Source: a virus (Duplodnaviria > Caudoviricetes). Taken from it: DNA of 29,796 nt. The stretch lies in the IMG/VR virus record IMGVR_UViG_3300030708_001674, positions 1-29,796 of that record, one strand, 5' to 3'. The position numbers were made by a program, and so were the translations under genes. The notes below the pieces were generated by a model. The model saw only the letters and a list, made by a program, of their open reading frames with translations, ran no database searches and was not told the DNA's origin. Positions 1-7,749 of the stretch are shown piece by piece (the first letter of the stretch is position 1; each line of letters starts with the position of its first letter).

Positions 1-9
1 TATTTACCG

Positions 10-297
10 CGCAGGCCCCTCCCCGCACCCCCGCAGGCTACATCGCAGGCCACCGCGCAGGCAATATACTGCGGCCAGTTCATAAACCGCACAGTACATA
101 AACTTCGCAATACTTCGGAGGGTATTATGTCTGGGTTCTCTGAGATTTTCTGAGGGGCGTTGCCATTCTCGGACTTTTATGATACAATGCGCGCCAAGAT
201 CACAAGACCCAGCACACTTTACACAAGACTTAGAGCACTTTATACTGGCCAAATACTCCACAGATACTGGCCAGTTACTCCACAGCTTTTTCCACAG
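10..297. repeat. Non-coding repeat-rich region: 4x CGCAGGC (10-16, 32-38, 44-50, 56-62), 2x ~21-bp tandem (201-221, 222-242), 2x 22-bp tandem (242-263, 264-285), 3x TCCACAG (257-263, 279-285, 291-297)
   Basis: Read directly: cacaagacccagcacacttta/cacaagacttagagcacttta and atactggccaaatactccacag/atactggccagttactccacag; ORFs over this region look spurious. Confidence 0.85.
160..188 (+). promoter_or_regulatory. sigma70-type promoter, antisense to all genes
   Basis: TTGCCA (160-165), 17-nt spacer, TACAAT (183-188), with extended -10 TG at 180-181. Confidence 0.65.
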
Positions 298-315
298 CTT
301 AATAAAAAAAGGGCT

Positions 316-921
316 TTATTTCTCTCTAAAATCAACATTAAAGTTTGAGAAACTTGTCCATCCAGTAATAATATACTTCAATCCTTTATTTGGCAACTGA
401 GATCTATGCATGTGAGTGAATCCTGCAGGCCATACAACTAACCTACCTTTCTTTGCTTTCACTCTACCTTGATGATAGAAATCAGTACCAGATTTGGCAT
501 CATTCAAATAAAACATCCAAACCAATATCCTAATTGCTGCTTCAATACAATTACCATGTTCAGTATGCCATGTCTTATATCCATCAGTTTCATCAGTATA
601 CTTTTGGAAGGAATATGTGTCAGATAGTCCCATATCTCCAACACTACCAATAGATGGATACTTATCCACATACTGACTAATATGTTCTACAAGTACAGGA
701 GTAATAGTATTTGTCACATATGTGGGTACAGAGAATTGTGTGAGGCACATCTCCATATCTTTTTTAACAGTTGGATTGACATATGTCTTTCCTTCATTGA
801 TTGACATACCTTCGGCTTTATTTGTCCGAGGTGATTCAAATGCATCAATTAAACCATCACATTGTTCATCAGTAAGTGCATGATCATAAATCTCGACGAA
901 TGAGGGTGTGAATAACTTCAT
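316..921 (-). CDS. 2OG-Fe(II) oxygenase (prolyl-hydroxylase-like)
   Basis: WHTE...WMFYLND...GTDF...WPAGFTHMHRS...KYIITGW motifs; start moved to ATG 921, which overlaps the upstream stop (ATGA). Confidence 0.85.
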   Translation of the reverse strand: MKLFTPSFVEIYDHALTDEQCDGLIDAFESPRTNKAEGMSINEGKTYVNPTVKKDMEMCLTQFSVPTYVTNTITPVLVEHISQYVDKYPSIGSVGDMGLSDTYSFQKYTDETDGYKTWHTEHGNCIEAAIRILVWMFYLNDAKSGTDFYHQGRVKAKKGRLVVWPAGFTHMHRSQLPNKGLKYIITGWTSFSNFNVDFREK

Positions 922-1079
922 GACATTAACATTATTGTTTCTGATTGAATACCTTGTTTTCGTAACATGTGTTCCCACAATATGGCATCTCGTTCATCAA
1001 AGAACGTGGCCTTTTGTGTACTTGTTCCTTTCTTCTTTTGTCGTTGATAGATGACTTGGAATTTAATTTGGTTTGACAT
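918..1079 (-). CDS. small hypothetical phage protein (MSNQIKFQVIYQRQKKK...)
   Basis: Fills the gap between coupled genes; ATGA overlap with the next gene; probable start ATG 1079. Confidence 0.7.
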   Translation of the reverse strand: MSNQIKFQVIYQRQKKKGTSTQKATFFDERDAILWEHMLRKQGIQSETIMLMS

Positions 1080-1689
1080 GAATGGACGTTTTTGTATCAA
1101 TTACAAGATTACCAGAAATTGAGATTCGAGTCTCGTCACAATTATAAAACGGATACACAGTATGAATTAACTTTGATGGGAAAAATAACATTGTCCCTTC
1201 TGGTGTATTGTCATATGGATATTGTAATGACTTCCCTAAAATACTCGCATATGAAAATTCAAAACATCCACGTCGAGCAGTGTTTGTAACAGCACCTCGA
1301 TTCTGTTCCTCAAATGTTGTTGGAATCTTCATCCATACAACAAAACTATAAACTCCATTGTGTTCATGATTTGGTTGAAACTCTGTCGCTTTCTGTTCAT
1401 TCACCCACATATAATCAAGCGCTAACATATGCGTTTGATTCGTTGATGTTTCAAATGCAAGATTCTTGAACTCCTGGGAATACTCATTACACAATGGTAA
1501 CAATGTCTGATAAAAAAGTCGATCATTCAAATCAGGAATGATATGACTATTTGAAATGTTACCAGCAAGATGTGAATTGCAGTTGTTTCCTCCGGCTTCA
1601 ACACATTTCCACAAATGTCTCATCTCCTCTGGAGACAATTTCTTCTCTAACCATCCTACATTCGGTGGTCGAATAACTCTAACACTCAT
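1063..1689 (-). CDS. putative 2OG-Fe(II) oxygenase (TIGR02466-like)
   Basis: WVN...PNHEH..YSFVVW...LFFPSKLIHTVYPF...RISISGN facial-triad and RxS pattern. Confidence 0.8.
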   Translation of the reverse strand: MSVRVIRPPNVGWLEKKLSPEEMRHLWKCVEAGGNNCNSHLAGNISNSHIIPDLNDRLFYQTLLPLCNEYSQEFKNLAFETSTNQTHMLALDYMWVNEQKATEFQPNHEHNGVYSFVVWMKIPTTFEEQNRGAVTNTARRGCFEFSYASILGKSLQYPYDNTPEGTMLFFPSKLIHTVYPFYNCDETRISISGNLVIDTKTSIHVKPN

Positions 1690-1979
1690 TGTAAATCAGA
1701 ATAACGATGTTCTTGTGATTTATATTCGCTTACATCCACTACAATTTCTTCATGAGTTTCAGGATCTCGACTCTTGACATACTTTAACTCAGGCCAATCC
1801 TCACAATAACATAAAATCAAACAATGCACTTTCTTATGAAAGTCTACACAATCATCTGGTTTGTCTTTGACACCTATCTCAATCGTAATATAATCGGCGC
1901 ATTTGAAATATACCCAACCTTCAAGTTTTCTCCACTTGACATAATCATCAACCTTTGGCACATAGTTCGTTGTAGTCAT
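1686..1979 (-). CDS. hypothetical cyanophage protein
   Basis: 97-aa ORF with 4-nt overlaps on both sides. Confidence 0.75.
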   Translation of the reverse strand: MTTTNYVPKVDDYVKWRKLEGWVYFKCADYITIEIGVKDKPDDCVDFHKKVHCLILCYCEDWPELKYVKSRDPETHEEIVVDVSEYKSQEHRYSDLQ

Positions 1980-2500
1980 AGTAGTGACAAATTAAATGAA
2001 ATAGACACTCTTACATCATCAGATTGGTTTGGTTCGACATAGTGCCATAGATCTGATGGAAATACAATTATATCACCTTTCTTTGCAACAAAGCAACTAT
2101 CAGTCTCTAAATTTAGAGCTTTGTTAAGATGATCCCGTGCATGAGAACATGGATGAAAGAATCGAAGAGGGCCACATTCACTATCTGTCAAATACCACAC
2201 AACAGATAAATCCGCACCTGGGTGACTATGTGCAACATGAAATCCACCTTTCTCATTGATGTTCACCCACCAATTACCAAATTGAAACTTAGGTAGAAAA
2301 TTAAGTTTCTCAATCAAATACTCTCTATGCAATAGATTATCATAATCCCACGATGCTTCACTCTGAAATCCACCTCGATTTGACCGCAATTCATTCTCAC
2401 CTTCTTTCAAAGATAATGCCCACTCCAACATATCGTCGGGGTGGGATCCGTCATTCTCGATTAACCACAGTGGCGTTGGAAAAAGATAATGTATTGACAT
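1976..2500 (-). CDS. putative 2OG-Fe(II) oxygenase (TIGR02466-like)
   Basis: LFPTP N-terminus, WVNIN...HSHPGADLSVVWY...VFPSDLWHYVEPN...RVSISFN. Confidence 0.85.
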   Translation of the reverse strand: MSIHYLFPTPLWLIENDGSHPDDMLEWALSLKEGENELRSNRGGFQSEASWDYDNLLHREYLIEKLNFLPKFQFGNWWVNINEKGGFHVAHSHPGADLSVVWYLTDSECGPLRFFHPCSHARDHLNKALNLETDSCFVAKKGDIIVFPSDLWHYVEPNQSDDVRVSISFNLSLL

Positions 2501-2517
2501 AACTCAGAATCTCTAAA

Positions 2518-2811
2518 TTAGCAGAAATCCAGGACGGACACTGATAGTGTTCGACACAATGGTGGCCGCATGGAGGTGTATGCTGTGGTTGGCCATGATA
2601 CTTCATCACCTGGTTTTTTGGCATTGATTGGTGCATGAACTTTGTTTGTCTTCAGATTCACAAAACCCCAGATACATTCAACAGGATCATCAGTGTAATG
2701 CCATTCAGTTTGTGATACTAACCAAATGGCATCAAACTTCTTATTGAAGCGTCTCTTTGAGTACAGCCAGTTCTTCGGTGGTTTCGATAGCAATTTGTCG
2801 TCGAAGTTCAC
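2518..2811 (-). CDS. hypothetical cyanophage protein
   Basis: 97-aa ORF (IWGF...HAPINAKKPG...TAYTSM); GTG start uncertain. Confidence 0.7.
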   Translation of the reverse strand: MNFDDKLLSKPPKNWLYSKRRFNKKFDAIWLVSQTEWHYTDDPVECIWGFVNLKTNKVHAPINAKKPGDEVSWPTTAYTSMRPPLCRTLSVSVLDFC

Positions 2812-2929
2812 TTTTTACAAAAGTCAGATAACGGTGCATTACAGCTTGGTGGGGGTTGTTGAAGAGCAACTCTTCGACTTCTTGAATCTTTCCCAACGCT
2901 GATTGAAGCTTTTCGACTCCTTGATCCAT
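2741..2929 (-). CDS. small hypothetical helical protein
   Basis: 62-aa ORF with amphipathic helix pattern; overlaps neighbours. Confidence 0.6.
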   Translation of the reverse strand: MDQGVEKLQSALGKIQEVEELLFNNPHQAVMHRYLTFVKSELRRQIAIETTEELAVLKETLQ

Positions 2930-2979
2930 TCGTAGTACCTCAGAACTTCTCGATAATGTTTTGGGTCGTAAGTGTTCAT
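2839..2979 (-). CDS. possible 46-aa ORF (MNTYDPKHYREVLRYYEWIKESK...) absent from the ORF track
   Basis: Translated by hand; its ATG overlaps the previous stop (ATGA 2976-2979), but it overlaps 2741-2929 by 91 nt. Confidence 0.35.
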   Translation of the reverse strand: MNTYDPKHYREVLRYYEWIKESKSFNQRWERFKKSKSCSSTTPTKL

Positions 2980-3089
2980 ATCATGAACTCCTCGACATAA
3001 TAATCGACGGTCACTTCTAATTTAGCAGCTTCTTCCTCCATCTCTGCCCAGAAGTTGTTTACCATCTCGTCAATCTCTTGATCAGTCAT
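2976..3089 (-). CDS. 37-aa acidic hypothetical protein (MTDQEIDEMVNNFWAEMEEEAAKLEVTVDYYVEEFMI)
   Basis: Translated by hand (below ORF track cutoff); tiles the gene array. Confidence 0.7.
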   Translation of the reverse strand: MTDQEIDEMVNNFWAEMEEEAAKLEVTVDYYVEEFMI

Positions 3090-3303
3090 TGTTGATCACC
3101 TCATCGAATGCTTCATCAATCATACCACAAATGGCTTCTTCTTCAAACTCACCCATGTCCCAAACACAAAATGCAACAGCAATTTGTTCCTTCAATTCAT
3201 CACGCAATTTAGCCAGTCGATTGACAGGAACTGCATGTTCAGTGATGTCTTCACCTTCCCAGAAATCAATCCAGTCTTGATTAGTTGCTTCAGTGATTGC
3301 CAT
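3082..3303 (-). CDS. acidic hypothetical protein
   Basis: 73-aa ORF, tightly packed with neighbours. Confidence 0.7.
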   Translation of the reverse strand: MAITEATNQDWIDFWEGEDITEHAVPVNRLAKLRDELKEQIAVAFCVWDMGEFEEEAICGMIDEAFDEVINND

Positions 3304-3305
3304 GA

Positions 3306-3473
3306 TCAGAAAATCTCCGTGAATCGTTTGTGAGTTGCTTTGGTCATTCTACCTTCCTTCAACATGTTATCACACACATTGCAGAAGACTTGGAACTTTT
3401 CCTCTCTTGTGAGAGTATCAGCACCCTCACAGTTGCTCATGATCTTGAGCATGTAACGTTTGGAAGTAATCAT
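3306..3473 (-). CDS. 55-aa hypothetical protein (MITSKRYMLKIMSNCEGADTLTREEKFQVFCNVCDNML...)
   Basis: Translated by hand; exactly fills the gap between 3303 and 3477; contains CxxC. Confidence 0.75.
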   Translation of the reverse strand: MITSKRYMLKIMSNCEGADTLTREEKFQVFCNVCDNMLKEGRMTKATHKRFTEIF

Positions 3474-3476
3474 GAA

Positions 3477-3716
3477 TCAGGCTCCGAACATTTGCTCAAA
3501 CAGGTTACCCTCTTTGTCTTCCATCTCGAGCATCTCAGCGTGACGATCGAGTTGGTCACGAGCACCAATCAGTGCAGCTTGTTTCGCTTTCAGTTTGTCC
3601 ATCTCAACGTTGAGATAGTGCAAGCGAGTGTTGATCTGACACCGATCCAGGCCGTTGACAGTCGGCATGTCGTAGCTGGTTCCGTTGATGATTCGGGGTT
3701 GCATTTCGACGGTCAT
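3477..3716 (-). CDS. hypothetical early protein with coiled-coil segment
   Basis: ATG 3716 lies 7 nt after GAGAGG SD of cassette copy 1. Confidence 0.75.
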   Translation of the reverse strand: MTVEMQPRIINGTSYDMPTVNGLDRCQINTRLHYLNVEMDKLKAKQAALIGARDQLDRHAEMLEMEDKEGNLFEQMFGA

Positions 3717-3723
3717 GGGTGTT

Positions 3724-3796
3724 CCTCTCAACATGGCCAATATAAACGATCTGAGACCCTCTGGCGGGTCTTAGGGCCGGTTTCTCAACCGTCCAG
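3724..3796 (-). promoter_or_regulatory. Repeated early-promoter/stem-loop cassette, copy 1
   Basis: + strand core cctctcaacatggccaatata 3724-3744; hairpin ctgagaccc/gggtcttag 3751-3774; dyad 3773-3796. Confidence 0.85.
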
Positions 3797-3958
3797 CAGG
3801 TCGGGATAATACTCTTTCACTTCCTCCAGCAATTCTTCATCCGAATACTTATCATAACTCTCGCTCATGTTGTCATAAAGAATTGCCATCATAGTTTTGA
3901 TGTCCATGTCATCCAGGATTTGCTGGATCATGTTGTCTTGAAGTTCGGAGCGGTTCAT
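3785..3958 (-). CDS. 57-aa acidic hypothetical protein (MNRSELQDNMIQQILDDMDIKT...YYPDLLDG)
   Basis: Translated by hand; stop codon lies inside the dyad of cassette copy 1. Confidence 0.75.
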   Translation of the reverse strand: MNRSELQDNMIQQILDDMDIKTMMAILYDNMSESYDKYSDEELLEEVKEYYPDLLDG

Positions 3959-3960
3959 GT

Positions 3961-4209
3961 TCATTTGGTGGGGAAGTTTTTGCAGACGGCATCACATAGG
4001 ACACGAATGATGTCATCACTAACATCACCGAATTCAGATCCGAATTGTGATAAGATCCGTTCCTCAACGATGCATTCAATGTCCTCCATTAGTTGTTCCC
4101 GTTGTTTGAGAATTTCGAGATTCATGCTACGTTGCGGAAGTTTTTGATGAGAATGTAAAGAAGGATCACCAAACAGATCCAGACAATGAAAGTAGTCATT
4201 AGCAAGCAC
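3961..4209 (-). CDS. hypothetical protein (start could instead be ATG 4125)
   Basis: ORF track; packed between neighbours. Confidence 0.65.
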   Translation of the reverse strand: MLANDYFHCLDLFGDPSLHSHQKLPQRSMNLEILKQREQLMEDIECIVEERILSQFGSEFGDVSDDIIRVLCDAVCKNFPTK

Positions 4210-4450
4210 AAACTAGAGCAGAGTTGAACAGTTGAGGAATCACATGGAAGTCAGTCACCTCATAACCGTAGCCATTCACACGGGAATCAACCTCACGTTC
4301 CATGTCACGCTTGTTGATCATCGACTTAGACTGAGTGCCACCCATAAAGGTGACAACCTTCAGGACTTGACGGGAGTTGATCGTACCGTCTACGAACTTG
4401 ACGGGATAGAAATCAACAACCATGTTGCCGCCTTGAGCAGTGAGTTGCAT
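4199..4450 (-). CDS. hypothetical early protein
   Basis: ATG 4450 lies 8 nt after GAGAGG SD of cassette copy 2. Confidence 0.8.
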   Translation of the reverse strand: MQLTAQGGNMVVDFYPVKFVDGTINSRQVLKVVTFMGGTQSKSMINKRDMEREVDSRVNGYGYEVTDFHVIPQLFNSALVCAC

Positions 4451-4458
4451 GGGGTGTT

Positions 4459-4532
4459 CCTCTCAACATGGCCAATATACATCGCCCAGACCCCTCTGGC
4501 ACGTCCTGTGGCCAGTTTGATCAACCGTCCAC
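4459..4532 (-). promoter_or_regulatory. Repeated early-promoter/stem-loop cassette, copy 2
   Basis: Core 4459-4479; short hairpin ccaga-cccc-tctgg 4486-4499; dyad GTGGCCAGTT-TGATC-AACCGTCCAC 4508-4532. Confidence 0.85.
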
Positions 4533-4880
4533 TACCAGAGTCAGTGGCCCGATCTGTAATTTATCATTATCAACCTCAAATGTTTGTCTGGACCACAATA
4601 CACTAAACTGTCGTGTCCAACCTAACATCCACCATGGGCCATTTACCTGTCTTCCACAACACCCACTGGCTTTGATTGAGTTCTTAATAATATGTGGATG
4701 TTTGATAAGTTGTGCCAAAGACACGGCAATTTCTCCACATGTGATCACATATCTTGAACCATATTGATCTCTATATGTACCATTCTCCACTGGAATACTC
4801 CAGAGTGGATCAACATCATCAGGCATCAGCAGTTTACGATCACCTATGACATATGTGCCTTCAGCAAGATTTACTTTCAT
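4521..4880 (-). CDS. hypothetical protein
   Basis: 119-aa ORF; 4-nt overlap with the epimerase stop; its own stop is inside the cassette dyad. Confidence 0.65.
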   Translation of the reverse strand: MKVNLAEGTYVIGDRKLLMPDDVDPLWSIPVENGTYRDQYGSRYVITCGEIAVSLAQLIKHPHIIKNSIKASGCCGRQVNGPWWMLGWTRQFSVLWSRQTFEVDNDKLQIGPLTLVVDG

Positions 4881-5590
4881 TGTAATACATGCATTGTTGG
4901 GAACCAGCCAATGCTCTTGAGGAGTGTAATATCAGCTGTGTTGTCGTATGACTCTCCAGGAGTGTTACTTGTTACAGGAAGATGTCCCATTCCCATCCTT
5001 TTAGCCAATTCAATGACATAAACGCCATTTCCTGTACCGACAGGGACAGGGCCGGTGAGATCACTCGCCGCAAGGTATCGGATCGCACGGGCAACGTCTT
5101 TAACATGAATCCAGTCACGTTTGTGGTCTGTAAGATATGTTGCGGTACGATCTTCCAACATACGATACAACATGTCCTTACGGCTGTAGGGACCATAAAC
5201 TGTTGTGAATCTCATCCCCACACTATTCGGTGGAGCCATTTGTTCATTGATCCACTTAGTCATTGCATAGGGATTGTCCCAGTAGTTACCATTAACGGCA
5301 CTAGAAGAGGCGTACAACAAACGGGTATTAGTTTCCCTACACCAGTCAAAAAGCTTTTTAGCTTTGACAACATTGTTGATGTAAAAACTTTCTGGATCTT
5401 TGAGGCTGTCGCGAATGTTAGCAAAGGCAGCCAAGTGAATGACAAGATCGTAATCACCTCCGTTAAAATCTGCAATGTCATCAGGTTCATCGATACCTGT
5501 TACATGGTGACCATGAGTTTCACAAAAGTCACTATAAACGTATGAACCGATGAAGCCTTTATGGCCGGTTACCAAAACCTTTTGACTCAC
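4877..5590 (-). CDS. NAD-dependent epimerase/dehydratase (extended SDR)
   Basis: VLVTGHKGFIGS Rossmann motif, HLAA, YASSS, YAMTK (YxxxK), RFTTVYGP, RDWIHVKD; probable GTG start at 5590 with GAGG 9 nt upstream. Confidence 0.9.
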   Translation of the reverse strand: MSQKVLVTGHKGFIGSYVYSDFCETHGHHVTGIDEPDDIADFNGGDYDLVIHLAAFANIRDSLKDPESFYINNVVKAKKLFDWCRETNTRLLYASSSAVNGNYWDNPYAMTKWINEQMAPPNSVGMRFTTVYGPYSRKDMLYRMLEDRTATYLTDHKRDWIHVKDVARAIRYLAASDLTGPVPVGTGNGVYVIELAKRMGMGHLPVTSNTPGESYDNTADITLLKSIGWFPTMHVLQ

Positions 5591-5780
5591 AATCAAGCAC
5601 CTCAATGTGTGAAATAAACATGGGGGGAGTGTTCCACCAGATCTCGGCAGCTCTCTCCCAACTATCAACAATCACAGACTCTCCACGATTGTTGATTACC
5701 TTATAGTTATGTCGGTTGTAAGGAAGATCCGAAGTACAGGTAAAGTACCTCGGATCATTACGATCAATTAGTTGTGTCAT
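5559..5780 (-). CDS. hypothetical cyanophage protein
   Basis: 73-aa ORF, ATGA-coupled to the upstream gene. Confidence 0.7.
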   Translation of the reverse strand: MTQLIDRNDPRYFTCTSDLPYNRHNYKVINNRGESVIVDSWERAAEIWWNTPPMFISHIEVLDCESKGFGNRP

Positions 5781-6178
5781 GCAGGAATCTCAACTTTCTC
5801 GGGTTTCTTATTGTCAAACTGATTCATCTTCATACAAACCCACTTATCATTCACCGTCCAAACATAAGCATACTCTTCATTATTCTCTTTGTCAAGATAA
5901 TCAAAGATGTTATCATCATAACGAGGAGGGCAATCTTCACCACGCAGAGAATAATACTCGGGAGCATATTCACCTTCAGGAAGTTGCTTACCCCAGAGAG
6001 AATCAGACCAGCAACATGACATGTCGCCACCATCAATCAGTTCTGATGCTTTCTCCTTGCTGTTGTATTGTTCAACAAGAGTTTTACCCAACCACTCAGG
6101 ATAACCATCCCAGTGGTGATACACAGACAGAACAGAATCGTCCTTGAGTTGGATGCCGATGCGAGCGCGAGTTCCCAT
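5777..6178 (-). CDS. conserved phage hypothetical protein (MGTRARIG...YHHWDGYP family)
   Basis: 133-aa ORF; first substantial gene downstream of cassette copy 3. Confidence 0.8.
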   Translation of the reverse strand: MGTRARIGIQLKDDSVLSVYHHWDGYPEWLGKTLVEQYNSKEKASELIDGGDMSCCWSDSLWGKQLPEGEYAPEYYSLRGEDCPPRYDDNIFDYLDKENNEEYAYVWTVNDKWVCMKMNQFDNKKPEKVEIPA

Positions 6179-6244
6179 TGAAGTGGAAGGAAAGGATTGT
6201 GAAAGAAGAGAGGCGGTTCTGCGGATGAGAACACATTTGATTTA

Positions 6245-6317
6245 CCTCTCAACATGGCCAATATACATCGAATCAGGAGCGGCGGCGACGTTTGCGGCCA
6301 CCTTGTAGACTGGCCAC
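6245..6317 (-). promoter_or_regulatory. Repeated early-promoter cassette, copy 3
   Basis: Core 6245-6265; degenerate dyad GCGGCCACCT-TGTA-GACTGGCCAC 6294-6317; no clear spacer hairpin. Confidence 0.8.
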
Positions 6318-6509
6318 TCTCTGGTCGATCCATTTCTTAGCAGTGTCTACAGTGCGGCACTTCTTAAGTTGCACACAAGCACCACCATTAGGCCCCAAAA
6401 TCATATACTGAGAACTGCCCATGATTGGTACAATTCCATACTCATCATTGGGACCATAAAAACAACCTGGGTGAGTATTATCCAGGATTCCTGGCATCGG
6501 GTGTTTCAT
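6273..6509 (-). CDS. hypothetical protein with basic C-terminus
   Basis: 78-aa ORF; its C-terminus is encoded across cassette copy 3. Confidence 0.7.
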   Translation of the reverse strand: MKHPMPGILDNTHPGCFYGPNDEYGIVPIMGSSQYMILGPNGGACVQLKKCRTVDTAKKWIDQRVASLQGGRKRRRRS

Positions 6510-6807
6510 AAGTCATAGCTTTCTTTTGTAGGAGTGATGTTTGAGTTTCAAGATCCTGTTGAATTTGCAATGGACGATGGCCGCCAATCATCTTCTTCAT
6601 CAGTGAAGCTCTATCAGATTGTCCTTTATGATAGGAAATCCATTCATCTAAACATTCATTCAATTCTCTCCAGAAAATTTCTGGATTGTCATCTTCAAGA
6701 TACTCACAAATAGAATCATTCAATCGATCTTTACGTTGTTGATTGAAAGTTTTTTGCCATTGTTCATTACCCTTGTAGAGAGGATCTTGAGTTTCTTTCA
6801 GTTTCAT
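6478..6807 (-). CDS. hypothetical protein
   Basis: 109-aa ORF, ATGA-coupled. Confidence 0.7.
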   Translation of the reverse strand: MKLKETQDPLYKGNEQWQKTFNQQRKDRLNDSICEYLEDDNPEIFWRELNECLDEWISYHKGQSDRASLMKKMIGGHRPLQIQQDLETQTSLLQKKAMTYETPDARNPG

Positions 6808-7331
6808 GATACTAAGAATTTACGTTCGTATTCTAAAAGATCACTGGGAGCCTGTGTAATCTCATTGTCATCACATTCTACTGCATTTGCCCACCGTTGT
6901 CCATTCTTTCTATACAGTTTGATCCCCAAATGTTTGTATTTCAAATTAGTTGGTACGAATACTTGATAGGTATCACCATCATTCTTAGTCAGGGCACTGA
7001 GTCTATCATTCTCCTCTTTTGTTACCTTGATTGTAGTCCTTGACAGGAAAAATAACATCTCAAAAGTATCATAGTCATCCAGATATACGCCTGGATTGTC
7101 CATGATCATCCGACAAATAAACTGGGGCGACAGACAATGATCATCTGTACGTTGTGTTGGATTGTTGAGTGCCTCCTCACTGATTAGCCCAGTATGGTTG
7201 AGACCAGAACAGAACACCAGATCGTAAAAGATTCGGGTGATTGGCCGATGGTTTGCAGAATCATTCCAGTTGTCAACATTTGCACGAAGAGCATCAAAAC
7301 AGACTCGGGAATAGGGTTTGTAGTCTTTCAT
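6804..7331 (-). CDS. hypothetical protein, possibly His-Me (HNH-like) nuclease fold
   Basis: 175-aa ORF; DDHCLSP...VTKEEN pattern resembles DHxxP...N; function is weak inference. Confidence 0.7.
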   Translation of the reverse strand: MKDYKPYSRVCFDALRANVDNWNDSANHRPITRIFYDLVFCSGLNHTGLISEEALNNPTQRTDDHCLSPQFICRMIMDNPGVYLDDYDTFEMLFFLSRTTIKVTKEENDRLSALTKNDGDTYQVFVPTNLKYKHLGIKLYRKNGQRWANAVECDDNEITQAPSDLLEYERKFLVS

Positions 7332-7669
7332 CAGAGGTAAAGAAAAGAACCGTAGGGATCACAAATGTGAGGGTTGTCTGCAAGTTGAGTGATCATAAAC
7401 CGAACACCTTTTGCAGGTGACTTCCATGATGCAGGTTTGTAACATTCACCAGAGTTCTTATCAACGAACATCCAGACAGAATTGCCTCGTTCACGAACAC
7501 CACCTACGACCAGATATTGCACAATTTTGATATACTTCCGACCAACTTCATACTCAAGTTGATGATAGACATGACGACCCGATTCAATGGAATTAACTTT
7601 CCACTCATTATTCAGCACTTCAATGAGGGCTTCAGTCAGGAATTGAGGTTTGGTTTGAGTGATGGTCAT
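7331..7669 (-). CDS. conserved phage hypothetical early protein (GRKYIKI...FVDKNSGECYKPASWKSPAKGVRF)
   Basis: Start moved to ATG 7669, just after the SD of cassette copy 4. Confidence 0.8.
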   Translation of the reverse strand: MTITQTKPQFLTEALIEVLNNEWKVNSIESGRHVYHQLEYEVGRKYIKIVQYLVVGGVRERGNSVWMFVDKNSGECYKPASWKSPAKGVRFMITQLADNPHICDPYGSFLYL

Positions 7670-7677
7670 GGATGTCT

Positions 7678-7749
7678 CTCTCAACATGGCCAATATACGC
7701 GAAAACCACCCCGCAGGGTGGTTTGGTGTGCAGCCCGCGAAGTGGTCAG
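7678..7749 (-). promoter_or_regulatory. Repeated early-promoter/stem-loop cassette, copy 4
   Basis: Core 7678-7697; perfect 9-bp hairpin aaaccaccc-cgca-gggtggttt 7703-7724; degenerate dyad 7726-7749. Confidence 0.85.

Noticed and set aside
296-325. Intrinsic terminator after the 316 gene
   Set aside because: A T run exists on the minus strand but there is no convincing GC-rich stem before it.
4-400. Short ORFs 4-261, 160-348 and 179-400
   Set aside because: They overlap a repeat/promoter region, have no recognisable motifs or SD, and are mutually overlapping.
5561-5584. Possible additional dyad (ATGGCCGGTT...)
   Set aside because: Only one half-site matches, it lies in coding sequence, and there is no core at the fixed distance.
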